Source of the DNA: a virus
IMG/VR virus record: IMGVR_UViG_3300047560_000604
Coordinates: 69,467-133,466 of that record
Strand: one strand, 5' to 3'
Length of the DNA stretch: 64,000 nucleotides
Shown: piece by piece, positions 9,101-16,306 of the stretch
Layout of the letters: each line of letters begins with the position of its first letter
Position numbering within the stretch: position 1 is the first letter of the stretch
Notes under the pieces: model-generated
The model's input: only the letters and a program-made list of their open reading frames with translations
Told to the model about the DNA's origin: nothing
Database searches by the model: none
Translations under genes and position numbers: made by a program

Positions 9101-9776
9101 TTGGGTCACACGTGACGAATACATGGGCGTATTCTACCCAAGCGGTATTACTACTGATTTGACAGGTGCAGAAGTAGTTGTTCCAGCATCACATATGATG
9201 TTGCGTACATTCTTACGTAATGATACTGTTGCTTATCCTTGGTTAGCACCAGCTGGTACACGCCGTGGTACTATCGACAATGCTACAAACATTGGTTACT
9301 TAAACGGTGCAACTGGTGAATTCCAAACAGTTAAGAATCGTATGAGCATCCGTGATGTATTGTATACAAACCAAATCAACCCACTAGCATACTTCACAGG
9401 TATCGGTTTGTTGAACTATGGTAACAAGAACAGTAAAGATACACAAAGCGCATTGGATCGCATCAACGTTGCAAGACTTGTTTGCTACATCCGTGAACGT
9501 CTACAAGTTTCTTCTCGTCCGTTCGTATTTGAACCAAACGATGCATTAACTCGTGGTGAGATTACTGGTGTAGTTCAATCATTGTTTATCGACTTAGTTG
9601 CTAAACGTGGTTTGTATGACTACTTGGTGGTTTGTGACGAAAGTAACAACACACCAGCTCGTATTGACCGTAATGAATTATGGATTGACGTTGCTATTGA
9701 ACCAGTCAAGGCAGCTGAATTCATCTACATCCCGGTTCGTGTTATGAACACAGGCGAGTTGGCAGCAACGAAGTAA
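6165..9776 (+). CDS. gp18: Contractile tail sheath protein
   Basis: MALVSPGVQVTIIDQSQY start; PWLAPAG..RG, LYTNQINP, SALDRINVARL, FVFEPND..TR, CDESNNTPARIDRNELWIDVAIEPVKAAEFIYIP end. Confidence 0.95.
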   Translation: MALVSPGVQVTIIDQSQYLPAASNSVPLVVLATATNKANAAGTGVAAATTAANANKLYQVTSQRDLVNLFGSPFFYKTTNGTSIHGYELNEYGLLAAYSLLGATNRCYILRADIDLGSLVGTLSRPVGDPEDGTYWLDTTNTSWGIYSFNLSTGKFTQVEPTVITDSQYITGELSDNYPVDSFGIIGSYAVIANPIGTDGVYNQGTFFYKTYDNVWVKVGSPDWKKAIPAVTGTVSFPSLNIGDKFTINVNGDFSRQLNIDTGSITDVKDSLMSLGISDLNVRVVDGKLSIAYGMPGSGKYIALSNDDGTPLTDMGITAGTYYAAEVVYAPSSGMPLWSSQQQKPHPTGSIWIKTSIAGSGMDVKMSSYSATTGTWVSSTVSKYSSAVAAIGDLDSSGGKSIPTGTLFAQVGDASGSVVTPDLGIQLYKRTATGTMVKTGAVSDFVTYPITVGKALVITVTVPGQATTTSNYYTLVTAGTTAESFVTEWNGLDIPNTVATITTSGAIQLEHTAGGDIYLTDIPPGTYTPDSNNTPGQSNGLLAEIGFSATDGTMQVGAVVPFVATNVTQSESSGSGTGAVLTVTNRGTWYGFSVTTNGSGYVVDDTITIDGADIGGASGANDLVLTVESLSPLKLAYLSGTPRVNYSVAASNWEILDYVANEGAPATNPANGTNWFFSTATQVDIMVNQQGSWKGYKNVNFDSDGHPSATGVNSTDPLGPIIATTAPTTQSDGTALVTGDLWLDSSDLENYPKLSRWQLVDGAEQWVAIDNADQTSQAGIVFADARWANSGTVDPVSDPLTSITTLLTSNYLDLDAPDPALYPQGMLLFNTRRSGYNVKQFTTNYFTAAKYPDAYPANDSNPAHVPKLPAYTYTWVSVSGLQSNGAAYMGRKAQRNLVVQAMKAAIGTNQSIREEDTFFNLISAPNYPELQPDMVTLNNDRNNTAYIIGDTPLRLPDQATDLTNWATNAAGATSTGEAGWVTRDEYMGVFYPSGITTDLTGAEVVVPASHMMLRTFLRNDTVAYPWLAPAGTRRGTIDNATNIGYLNGATGEFQTVKNRMSIRDVLYTNQINPLAYFTGIGLLNYGNKNSKDTQSALDRINVARLVCYIRERLQVSSRPFVFEPNDALTRGEITGVVQSLFIDLVAKRGLYDYLVVCDESNNTPARIDRNELWIDVAIEPVKAAEFIYIPVRVMNTGELAATK

Positions 9777-9783
9777 AAATAAC

Positions 9784-9807
9784 TCCCCCGGCAACGGGGG
9801 ATTATTT
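9784..9807 (+). terminator. Hairpin, probable intrinsic terminator
   Basis: TCCCCCG-GCAA-CGGGGGA followed by TTATTT. Confidence 0.65.
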
Positions 9808-9810
9808 AAG

Positions 9811-9817
9811 ATAAATA
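9811..9817 (+). promoter_or_regulatory. T4-like late promoter motif (tail tube)
   Basis: ATAAATA then AGGAGA RBS and ATG 9837. Confidence 0.75.
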
Positions 9818-9836
9818 ATATATAGGAGAATAAAAT

Positions 9837-10466
9837 ATGGCAACAGCCTCACAATCACTGTTTAATATGACCGTAGCAGCGGACAATGGTACCAATGCAC
9901 AAGGTCTATTAATGCCTAAACTACAATATCGTTTCAGAGCTTTGTTCTTGAACTTTGGTGTAGGTGGTTCTACACAAGAACTTACAAAACAAGTTATGGA
10001 CATCACACGTCCTCAAGTTTCATTCGATGAAGTTACATTAGACGTTTATAACTCACGTGTGTATCTAGCAGGTAAGCACTCATGGTCTGAAACAACTATC
10101 AACCTACGTGACGATGCACAAGGTAATGTTACTAAGTTGGTTGGTCAACAAATTCAGAAACAAATGGACTTCGTTGAACAAGCATCAGCAGCTACAGGAC
10201 AAGATTACAAATTCCAAATCAATTACGAAGTACTTGATGGTGGCAATGGTGTATTGACTCCTACTGTATTAGAAACATGGGAACTTTATGGTTGCTTCAT
10301 TAAGACAGTTAACTATAATAACATGGACTATAAGACAAGTGATCCAGCAACTATCCAGTTGCAAGTTCGCTTTGATAACGCAGTTCAGTCCCCATTGACT
10401 TCTGGTATCGGTACTAACGTCGGTCGTGCATTCGGCGGCGCGGCAGTAACTGGCATCGGCGGCTAA
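9837..10466 (+). CDS. gp19: Tail tube protein
   Basis: Follows sheath; tube-type pattern (RVYLAGKHSWSETTINLRDD, WELYGCF, TIQLQVRFD). Confidence 0.85.
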   Translation: MATASQSLFNMTVAADNGTNAQGLLMPKLQYRFRALFLNFGVGGSTQELTKQVMDITRPQVSFDEVTLDVYNSRVYLAGKHSWSETTINLRDDAQGNVTKLVGQQIQKQMDFVEQASAATGQDYKFQINYEVLDGGNGVLTPTVLETWELYGCFIKTVNYNNMDYKTSDPATIQLQVRFDNAVQSPLTSGIGTNVGRAFGGAAVTGIGG

Positions 10467-11647
10467 TGTCAGGATTCTTCCAGAATCTTTTATCAGACGC
10501 TGGAAAAGCATTTTTCGGCAATGAATACTTGCGTGATTACACTCACGCAAGTAAAACCTTTGTTACTAATGCGTATAGTTACGCTCCCAAATATAAGTTC
10601 TTATTTCATGTCTATTTTGACATTAATAAGGACTTAATCGGTGCTACAAAAAATTGGCCAACTGACCAAAACTTCGGTCTGGCTGTAAAGAACATTCAAC
10701 TACCCAAATATTCATTTGATGTGCATACATTGAATCAATACAATCGTAAGCGTGTAGTTCAAACAAAATTAAAATACGATCCTATTAACATTGCATTCCA
10801 TGATGATAATAGTAATTTGATTCGTAAAATGTGGTATACATATTATACCTACTATTACAAAGATGCAACTCAACAAGACAGTAACTCAGGATTACCAGCA
10901 GATACGTTTGGTGACGGTGGTTACGGTAATCGTTATAACTTGAATCATAGAAACATATATGATGCTAGTATCAACGGTAGCGATGATTGGGGTTATATCG
11001 GTGAAACAGGTAAATCCCCTGCAACTAATACAGCGGCATCATTGGGCGTTTCTAAAGCTCCATTCTTTAAAGCGATCAACATTTATGGTTTCAATCAACA
11101 CAATTTTGCATTGTATAGATTGATAAATCCCATGATTGAAAGTTTCTCACACGATACATATGACTATGCTCAGGGTAACGGCGTGATGGAAAATCAAATG
11201 ACACTTCAGTATGAAACAGTAAAGTACTATGAAGGTGCATTGAATGGTAAGAAGCCAGACGACTTAGTTAAGATGTTTGGTACAGAAGACCATTATGATA
11301 GAACTCTAAGTCCTATAGCTCGCCCGGGCTCAAACGCATCAATTCTTGGTCAAGGTGGTCTTGTTGATGCAGCCGGTGGTATCTTCAGCGATTTAGAATC
11401 AGGTAATATCTTGGGTGCGATTCAAAAAGCTGGCGCAGCTAAGAACACATTCAAAAACCCACAGAACATTTTGCAAATTGCTAAAGGTGAAGCACTTGGT
11501 GCTGCAACCAACGCATTAGCCGGCACCCCAAACAGAAACACAATGTTCGGCTTTCCAGTAAATGCGGCAACTGTGATTAAGAACACTTCGGATTCAATCA
11601 ACGGCGCATTTAAGGGTGTCGTGTCTGGTCCTAAGAAGGTCGGATAA
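10466..11647 (+). CDS. Tube-like baseplate protein (gp48/gp54-like)
   Basis: Tube-paralogue pattern (VKNIQLPKYSFD...LNQYNRKRVVQTKLKYDPINIAFHDD; NPMIESFSHDTYDY) and position. Confidence 0.55.
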   Translation: MSGFFQNLLSDAGKAFFGNEYLRDYTHASKTFVTNAYSYAPKYKFLFHVYFDINKDLIGATKNWPTDQNFGLAVKNIQLPKYSFDVHTLNQYNRKRVVQTKLKYDPINIAFHDDNSNLIRKMWYTYYTYYYKDATQQDSNSGLPADTFGDGGYGNRYNLNHRNIYDASINGSDDWGYIGETGKSPATNTAASLGVSKAPFFKAINIYGFNQHNFALYRLINPMIESFSHDTYDYAQGNGVMENQMTLQYETVKYYEGALNGKKPDDLVKMFGTEDHYDRTLSPIARPGSNASILGQGGLVDAAGGIFSDLESGNILGAIQKAGAAKNTFKNPQNILQIAKGEALGAATNALAGTPNRNTMFGFPVNAATVIKNTSDSINGAFKGVVSGPKKVG

Positions 11648-11653
11648 CCAAAC

Positions 11654-11660
11654 ATAAATA
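11654..11660 (+). promoter_or_regulatory. T4-like late promoter motif
   Basis: ATAAATA; GAGG RBS before ATG 11678. Confidence 0.65.
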
Positions 11661-11677
11661 CTTCAAAGAGGTAGCTT

Positions 11678-12040
11678 ATGGCACAATCACTAGACCAACC
11701 AAGATCCAATTTAGATAGTACAGTAAGAGTATTTGATAGATTCTATGACTTTGACTTAGTTGTAGACGCAAATCAATATGAGATTGTATATTCTTATTTT
11801 TATGACATGTCAAAGAGTAAAGTTATTGCTAGAAACTTTACAACAATTATTTTCAGAATCGCCAACATCACCGGTGAAAGTGCAATGCGTGTCATGGAAG
11901 ACGTAAAAGGAACAACAAAGTTTGAAACCAATGCGATTCTTACATACTATTTGAATAGTATCAGAAGTAAGAGTACATTGTTCGGCATAGGCGTTATCCC
12001 ATCGCCTAATCAAAGCATACAACGAAACGTGGTAATCTAA
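11678..12040 (+). CDS. Hypothetical protein in the virion gene block
   Basis: ORF with RBS and late motif. Confidence 0.75.
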   Translation: MAQSLDQPRSNLDSTVRVFDRFYDFDLVVDANQYEIVYSYFYDMSKSKVIARNFTTIIFRIANITGESAMRVMEDVKGTTKFETNAILTYYLNSIRSKSTLFGIGVIPSPNQSIQRNVVI

Positions 12041-12477
12041 TGGCTAATTGGGCTCAGGGGATATTCACACCTAAAAATTCTGAGAAATATATAGGTAATC
12101 ACAAGCCCAAGTATCGCAGTGGTTGGGAACTAACGTTCATGCAATTCTGCGACACTAACAAGAACGTATTGAAATGGGCTAGTGAATCTATTGTAATCCC
12201 CTACAGAAGCCCATTAGACGGCAAGATTCACAATTATATCCCAGACTTCTTTGTAGTGTATCAAAACAAACACGGCAAGCAACTAGCTGAAATCGTAGAA
12301 ATTAAACCCAAAAAACAAAGTCTAATCGAAAGTCGCACTGCTAGTGCCAGGGATAGAATAGTAGTGGCAGTCAACCACGCAAAGTGGGCTAGTGCAAAAG
12401 CATATTGTCAAGCTAATGGATTTACGTTTAGAGTTATCACAGAAGATGACCTTTTCTACAAGGCAAGTCGCAAGTAA
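12040..12477 (+). CDS. gp4: Head completion nuclease (T4 gp4-like, TnsA-N/PD-(D/E)XK fold)
   Basis: YRSGWE..FM.FCD.N.NVLKWASE...IPY, YIPDF, EIKP, N.AKW..A..YC, FRVITE. Confidence 0.85.
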   Translation: MANWAQGIFTPKNSEKYIGNHKPKYRSGWELTFMQFCDTNKNVLKWASESIVIPYRSPLDGKIHNYIPDFFVVYQNKHGKQLAEIVEIKPKKQSLIESRTASARDRIVVAVNHAKWASAKAYCQANGFTFRVITEDDLFYKASRK

Positions 12478-12504
12478 TAAATACTACTATTATAGGATAA
12501 TAGT

Positions 12505-12990
12505 ATGACAAAGAAACTCAACGAATTGTTTGAACTACCTGAAGATGAAGATATTGGTAGTGATAATGTTTCATTAGAGGAAGCACAAGAAGTTACGCAG
12601 GAAGCGTTTGAAACTCTAGATAAAATTGAGAACGCATTACCACAAGTGCGCGGACTTGAAGCCAGCGACAATGAAATGGACGAGTTAGCAAATCTAGCTA
12701 CTGAGAGCTACAAAGACTTGATGGATTTGGGAATGCAAGTAGATAGTCGTTTTGCAAGCGAAATTTTCAATAGTGCTAGTTCATTCCTAGGTCATGCTAT
12801 CACATCAAAGACTGCAAAAATCAACAAAAAATTAAAAATGCTAGACTTACAATTGAAGAAAGCTGCAATGGATCATAAGATTGCTACTAGCAAAGGACCA
12901 GAAGAAATCGAAAATACGCCATTAGGTGAAGGAAGTTTAGTAGATAGAAACGAACTTCTGAAACAGATTCTTGGAAGTAAAAAAGAGTAA
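12505..12990 (+). CDS. Possible terminase small subunit (gp16-like)
   Basis: Helical 161-aa protein with late motif at 12477-12483; product recalled from similar phage proteins, not motif-proven. Confidence 0.4.
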   Translation: MTKKLNELFELPEDEDIGSDNVSLEEAQEVTQEAFETLDKIENALPQVRGLEASDNEMDELANLATESYKDLMDLGMQVDSRFASEIFNSASSFLGHAITSKTAKINKKLKMLDLQLKKAAMDHKIATSKGPEEIENTPLGEGSLVDRNELLKQILGSKKE

Positions 12991-13021
12991 AAAGCATAAA
13001 TAATATAATAGGAATAACATA

Positions 13022-13627
13022 ATGAAAAGCCTTCGTCACTACCTAACAGAATCAGTTAGAACATATCGTTACACTATCAAAATCGCAGGCGATGTTGATA
13101 AGAACTTTTTAGATATGTTTAAACACAACCTTTCTAAATTCGATCCAGTAAAGATTGAAGAACCAAAGACTACTCCAATTCAAAAGAACCCATATGGTTT
13201 CCCTGACTTAGAGAATGAGTCGATTACAATTATCAATGCTGAATTCAAATATCCAGCAACAGAGCCAATGATTCAACAAATTGTTCAATTATTGGGCAAG
13301 AACATCAACAATGTACGTGTCGTTACTTCTGATTACAATGATACAATCAACGCAGAGAATGACAAGTATGCAAACGAAGCAGAACATTCACCAATCTTAC
13401 TTAATAATGAGTTATCAGATGACGGTGGCAAAGCAGCTAAAGAATACGCAAATCAATACTTAGATAAAGTTCTTCCTAAGAAACCTAGTATTGATATTCC
13501 TTACGCAAGCAAACAAACTCCAACTGCTCCTAACAAGAGTAAAGAAGGTATTCAAACTAAGAGTCCTATGACTAAAATGACACGCCCTGATTTACCAGCT
13601 ACAGGTGGCAAAGGATTTAGCAAATGA
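13022..13627 (+). CDS. Hypothetical late protein with capsid-targeting-like leader (MKSLRHYLTE)
   Basis: Late motif 12996-13002, AGGA RBS; leader resembles T4 MKTYQEFIAE. Confidence 0.7.
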   Translation: MKSLRHYLTESVRTYRYTIKIAGDVDKNFLDMFKHNLSKFDPVKIEEPKTTPIQKNPYGFPDLENESITIINAEFKYPATEPMIQQIVQLLGKNINNVRVVTSDYNDTINAENDKYANEAEHSPILLNNELSDDGGKAAKEYANQYLDKVLPKKPSIDIPYASKQTPTAPNKSKEGIQTKSPMTKMTRPDLPATGGKGFSK

Positions 13628-13842
13628 TTGATTTTACAGCCAAACAATTAAGCTGGATTGTTATCAGTGCATGTGGAATTGGTGGTGGTGGCTACCTTAC
13701 AATGGACAGTAAGATTAAAGAAGTTGATAACAAGCTAACTATCAACAGTGTAAGACAAGAAGCAATGAACGATAAACTAGCTGAGTTGTCAAAACAACTA
13801 GGTCGAATCGAAGATAAATTAGATAAAAGAGGATCACGATAA
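13624..13842 (+). CDS. Small membrane-anchored coiled-coil protein
   Basis: N-terminal hydrophobic stretch then heptad-like segment; coupled to both neighbours. Confidence 0.65.
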   Translation: MIDFTAKQLSWIVISACGIGGGGYLTMDSKIKEVDNKLTINSVRQEAMNDKLAELSKQLGRIEDKLDKRGSR

Positions 13843-16220
13843 TGGATTTTAGAAGCCTATTACATTCACTCACTTCTCTAAGTGAAGGTGAAACAAAAGA
13901 AACCGGCAAAGGTCGTGTTCATAAAGGTACTTACGGTACTGAATATGACACTGACAAAGAAGGTAACGAAAAGAAAAAAGAAAAGCCAAAGGCTGAGAAA
14001 AAAGGTCGCGGTCGCCCTAAGAAAGAAGAAAACGATGATACTAAAAAGTTTGATAGTTCAGCGTTAAATTCTGTATTCGGTGGCAAGAAGCCTAAGAAAG
14101 AAGTAGGTAAAGTATCTAAGAAGCACTCATTAAAAGAGTACATGGAATCTGTCGAAGATACTAAGAATGCTGAAGCCGTAATGGAAGGCATGTTCGGTGG
14201 CGTTGACCACACAAACGTTGCAGCTAACTTAGGTAAATTAGCAAAAGTTATTAAGTCGGTACAAACTCCAGAACAGTTCAAAGTTGCTCAAAAGTATGCT
14301 CAAAGAATGAGTGGTACTATTATGAAGCATCAACATGACAATTCAGGCTTTGGTTCAGGCTTGAGAGCTAACATCGCTGTTTCGAGAGCAATCCAAGACG
14401 ACTTGAAGCGTAAGGCTGCTGAGTTAGGTATTGATTATCAATCACTAGAAGAAACAGGTGGAGATCAAATCGAAATCAAACCAGCTTCACAGACACAAAC
14501 TCAAGTTATTCAACAAGGTAACAAGACATTAGGCACAGTTGACAATCCACAACTTGCACAACAGATTAAACAATCCATTGGTAAGGGTGAAATGTCATTT
14601 GCATCTGACGAACAAGGTATGTCTGAAGGTAAAGACGAAGGTAAACCAGGTAAGAACTTTGCTAAGATTGCTAAGTCAGCGGGTCAAAAGTATGGTTCAA
14701 AAGCTGCCGGCGAACGTGTAGCAGGTGCTGTACGTAACAAATTAAAAGCACAAGGTAAACTTGAAGAAGCTAAACCAGATTTCTTAGACGTTGACAAAGA
14801 CGGTAACAAGAAAGAAACTTTTAAGAAAGCCGTTAAAGACAAGAAGAAAGTAGCAGAGAGCATTCAGTTAAATGAAGGTTCAATGAAAGAATTAATGTTA
14901 CGTCTATTTGATGATTTGAATGTAGGAGCTCAAGGTTACAATATCAAACCAGCAGTAGAATTACAAGACAGAGCACTAGCTACTCGTGTTATCGATAAGA
15001 CATTAGCACATGATGATAGATATAGACGTTTATCACACACTCTAAAGAGTCAATTACGAGATGCAGCATTAGAAGAATTCGGTTTTACTGATTTCGATTC
15101 TAGCTTAGAAGAAGCCAATGATGCGCCAGGTCCAGTTGATAGCATTAGACAGCATACTCAACATGGTTTAGATGCTAAGCCAAGTAGATTTGTAGCAGTA
15201 GATCCTAATCCACCGAAGACTCCGTGGAAAGTAGATCCAATTGAGCGCACTACGCAAGAAATTGGTGCAGGCGCACGTAGAGCATTTGATTTTATCAGAG
15301 GCACAAAAGAATCAACATTTGAAGGTAAAAATATGAAAGATATCCAAGTAGAAAGCTGGGAAAAGCAATTAAACGGTTTATTGACAGAAGGTATCACCGT
15401 ATCTTCAAGTCAAGGTCAACAGGGTGCACCTGATTCAGTAAGCGTTACCGCTACTGAAAATGATGCACAATCATTGATGTCAGTATTACGTAATGCAGGT
15501 ATTGGTGGATTTGGTGCAGAACCAGCATCTCCTGAAATCGGCTACGGTGTAGCTCAAGGCGGTGAAGATGAACCAACAGGTACAGGTACAGAACCTCAAC
15601 CGAGTCCAGACGTAGTTGGTGATGACGGTGATATGTTAGACATGATTAAGAAAATGGCTGGTTTGGGTGGTGGCGATGCCGAAGTAGTTGCTATTGGCGG
15701 CGAAGAAGGTGGTCAAGACTATGAAGATGAAGAAGGTTCTGATGACCAAGGTGGTGAAGAACAATCTCAAACTCTAGAGCCAGCAGACAGTGATGAAGAA
15801 GGTTCGGATGAAGAATCTGATGATGAAGAATCAGAAGATGACGAAACAGAAACAACTGACGAAGGTAATGCTTTTGGCCAAGAAGTTCGTCAAAAGAAAT
15901 CTGATAATATCCCTGATAGTCAACAAAAAATCAAAACAGGTGGTCAAAATCTACCAGTTAAAGAAGGTGAGCATGAGTGTAATGAGTGCGGTATGATGGA
16001 ATCATCATGTGAATGCGATTCAGAGCAAGTGAATGAGTTCGCAAATGACGCAGGTGGAAACGCTATGGGCGACACTGAATTAATGAAGCTAAAGGCTTTA
16101 TTGTCAATGGGCGGCGATATGCACAAGTTAAAGCGTGACCAGACAGTCGGCAATCCGACTCAAGTATCAATGGCTGAGTCATTGGCACAATGGAAAAAGT
16201 TAAGCGGTATTAAAAAATAA
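13842..16220 (+). CDS. Highly charged, low-complexity internal head/scaffold-like protein
   Basis: Alternating Lys-rich and Asp/Glu-rich blocks; many hydrophobic-x-E sites; DVDKDGNKKE EF-hand-like loop. Confidence 0.55.
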   Translation: MDFRSLLHSLTSLSEGETKETGKGRVHKGTYGTEYDTDKEGNEKKKEKPKAEKKGRGRPKKEENDDTKKFDSSALNSVFGGKKPKKEVGKVSKKHSLKEYMESVEDTKNAEAVMEGMFGGVDHTNVAANLGKLAKVIKSVQTPEQFKVAQKYAQRMSGTIMKHQHDNSGFGSGLRANIAVSRAIQDDLKRKAAELGIDYQSLEETGGDQIEIKPASQTQTQVIQQGNKTLGTVDNPQLAQQIKQSIGKGEMSFASDEQGMSEGKDEGKPGKNFAKIAKSAGQKYGSKAAGERVAGAVRNKLKAQGKLEEAKPDFLDVDKDGNKKETFKKAVKDKKKVAESIQLNEGSMKELMLRLFDDLNVGAQGYNIKPAVELQDRALATRVIDKTLAHDDRYRRLSHTLKSQLRDAALEEFGFTDFDSSLEEANDAPGPVDSIRQHTQHGLDAKPSRFVAVDPNPPKTPWKVDPIERTTQEIGAGARRAFDFIRGTKESTFEGKNMKDIQVESWEKQLNGLLTEGITVSSSQGQQGAPDSVSVTATENDAQSLMSVLRNAGIGGFGAEPASPEIGYGVAQGGEDEPTGTGTEPQPSPDVVGDDGDMLDMIKKMAGLGGGDAEVVAIGGEEGGQDYEDEEGSDDQGGEEQSQTLEPADSDEEGSDEESDDEESEDDETETTDEGNAFGQEVRQKKSDNIPDSQQKIKTGGQNLPVKEGEHECNECGMMESSCECDSEQVNEFANDAGGNAMGDTELMKLKALLSMGGDMHKLKRDQTVGNPTQVSMAESLAQWKKLSGIKK

Positions 16221-16234
16221 TAAAACCGTATTTT

Positions 16235-16265
16235 AAATAGCTCACTTCGGTGGGCTATTTTTTTG
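16235..16265 (+). terminator. Intrinsic terminator
   Basis: AAATAGCTCAC-TTCG-GTGGGCTATTT followed by a T run. Confidence 0.9.
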
Positions 16266-16278
16266 GCTACTCGCTTTG

Positions 16279-16285
16279 ATAAATA
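16279..16285 (+). promoter_or_regulatory. T4-like late promoter motif
   Basis: ATAAATA directly after the terminator; AAGG RBS before ATG 16307. Confidence 0.7.
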
Positions 16286-16306
16286 CTCTATAAGGTAGAT
16301 AGAAAC

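Noticed and set aside
12040-12477. Tn7-like transposon (TnsA-like nuclease)
   Set aside because: Matches T4 gp4 head-completion protein in a structural operon; no TnsB/C or terminal repeats.
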